Source: Hyphochytrium catenoides
Taxonomy: Eukaryota; Protista; Hyphochytriomycota
Direction of reading: 5' to 3'
NCBI GenBank assembly: GCA_900088475.1
Contig: FLMG01000893.1
Span: forward strand, 1 to 64,000
DNA length: 64,000 bases
Position 1 is the first letter of the stretch. Every line of letters starts with the position of its first letter. Positions 62,029 through 64,000 of the stretch are shown here, piece after piece. Under the pieces are notes generated by a model. It ran no database searches. It was not told the DNA's origin and saw nothing but the letters and a program-made list of their open reading frames with translations. A program made the position numbers and the translations under genes.

Positions 62029-64000
62029 TTAGGCTCTGGCCCCTCCAGCGCGCATCTCAAAACTCTCATAGCCCCTCAAGTCGTCATCAGATGCTTGAGG
62101 GGAGATCGCGGCTAGTGCTGAAAGGAAATGCTGCTGCTGAACCTGTTCTGCTCGAATGTCCGAACGGAGGGAAAGAATAGCTGCTTCGCGGCATAGGCTC
62201 TGTTACACCAGGAAAGAGAGGAAATATGATTCAGGGCACACATTAACTTTGATCCTGAGGCAATGTTAACGATGACAGAGTATGAGACCGTAGCATTGCA
62301 CAATCAGGAGATCGCTATTTACGTGAGACAGGAGGTATATTATAGAACCGAAGCACGTTATAAGCACGCGTAAGGGACCCCTGGCTATAGGATCTGTCTT
62401 TATCAGAAGTTCTCCATACCTCTAGTTCCGCTCCGCTAAACCTGTCAGTATTAGTGGCAACGGCTTGTAGGTCCACATCGTCAGCAAGTGGAATTTTGGC
62501 GGTATGAATCTTGAGAATCTAAGAGAAATTGGGAAAAGAGAAGGGGTTCAATGTAAGGTGACATCAGAGTCACGGTACCCTCATTGGATTTGGAAGCGCA
62601 TGAGAGTTTTCAGGGGATATATTGGGTGGTCATAGATCTCGGTGAGGACAAAAGAGTCACGAAGCAAGAGTAAGTCATTTGCAGGTATGAAATAGAGAGA
62701 GGTATACAGTCAGTCGTCCGTTATGTATCGTGGTGTGGGAGCCAAGACAAACCTCAAAACGGGCAGCGAGGTCTGGGAGCCTCACGTACAACAGATTATC
62801 GAAGCGGCCAGGACGTAGCAGAGCAGCATCCATCATATCAGGGCGATTAGTGGCGGCAATCACCAGCAAACCTGGGGAAGAAACGGGAATTTAACGGTTA
62901 GAGGTTTGTTTGAACAAGAGGCTTAACTCAGTACGGACTGAAGGGAGAGTTACATGTACGCATCTCATAAACCCTAAGGGATATCGAAAGAGTGCCAGTA
63001 GCCAATGACGTTCAGAAACCACAAAACGCTATTGTTGTGACCCGGGCCCAATACTTTCGACCGTCGAGGGTGAAATCCAACAGTGAGCAAACACTTACCC
63101 TCTGCCGCCTCAATACCGTCCATCTCGTTCAGTAAGGTGGAAAGAACTCGCTTTCCCACTTCCTCTCCTTGATCTTTTCCACTGCCGTCTAAAGCTCTCT
63201 TTCCAACTAAAGCATCAATTTCGTCCAGGAATAGAATGCAAGGAAGAGCCGATCGTGCACGGTCAAACGCCTAAAAGACACGAAATGCATCAAAGAGTTA
63301 GTTGAGCTAGCACTAGCTTCATTGGGATACCCTTGTAGAGCCCCTGAGTTTCCTTTCTCCTGTCCAATCTTCAACCAAAGCATAGCTCTTACGCGTCGGA
63401 TGGCGGCTTCAGCATCTCCTAGATATGGGGAGTAGACGTCTAGGAACACAAGATACAATGGACAAATTAGCCAAACAAAGCGCGCATCATCCCGAGACTA
63501 AGAGGCGAGATCATGGGCTTACCTGCGCCAGAAAGAGAAAGAAATGACGCGGAGGAAGAAGACGCTGCTGCTTTTACCAACGAAGTCTTGGAGCATCCAG
63601 GATGGCCATAGAGAAGAATCCCTCGTGGCGGCTGTGATACCCAATCAGCACCAAGATATGCAGAAAAAGCATAGAAGACCCAGAGTACTTCTCCAGAATG
63701 AGCGAGCAACGATATGACTCAGAGAACGTCCAGCAAGCTGAAGGGAAAGAAGAAAACGCCATTCACACCAAAAATCTGAGCCGAATAAGCCAATACCTGG
63801 CTAGTAGACAAAGTTATAACGTGAGAGAGCACTAGAGAGTCGTGATTGAGGTAGAAGCAGCTCATTTGCATAACAAAGGATTACGGAGGGACAGCAATTG
63901 GCAAATATCGATAAGTCTCAATCCCTACTGTATCTTTACCCGAACTCCCAGCCTTCGGAACGCCTCGGGATGCTTCAGTGGCCACTCTACTGCTTTCTGC
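62029..64000 (-). CDS. AAA+ ATPase, SPATA5L1/AFG2B (CDC48-like) type, D2 domain only (5' part outside window)
   Basis: [12 protein letters not shown], Walker [20 protein letters not shown], Walker [49 protein letters not shown]; stop TAA 62029-62031. Confidence 0.9.

Overview
Gene-dense, intron-rich eukaryotic DNA with short GT-AG introns, frequent CTAAC/CTGAC branch points and two N gaps. The hAT, COG6 and IVD sequence types suggest a stramenopile/SAR-like protist (low confidence). About 22 genes could be built by manual splicing: multi-PAS hybrid histidine kinase, F-box/WD40, nine-finger TFIIIA, NOL8-like RRM protein, cAMP-receptor-like GPCR, hAT transposase-derived gene with one in-frame TGA, EF-hand/pseudo-calpain fusion, COG6, LAT-type permease, GHSxG hydrolase, prolidase, SAM-domain protein, CTF8, TACO1/YebC, class I methyltransferase, IVD and an AFG2B-like AAA ATPase. 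Two of them, a secreted 10-Cys protein and a Rieske 2Fe-2S protein, are not visible in the ORF track. The best hunt signal is a 5S rRNA loop-C-like stem-loop between two possible 5' splice sites in TFIIIA intron 2, a candidate 5S-mimic autoregulatory switch. Other signals are a B-box-led C/D-like ncRNA candidate and an 8-nt microexon that toggles the C-terminal frame of the secreted protein. No database searches or folding programs were run; splice models are manual.
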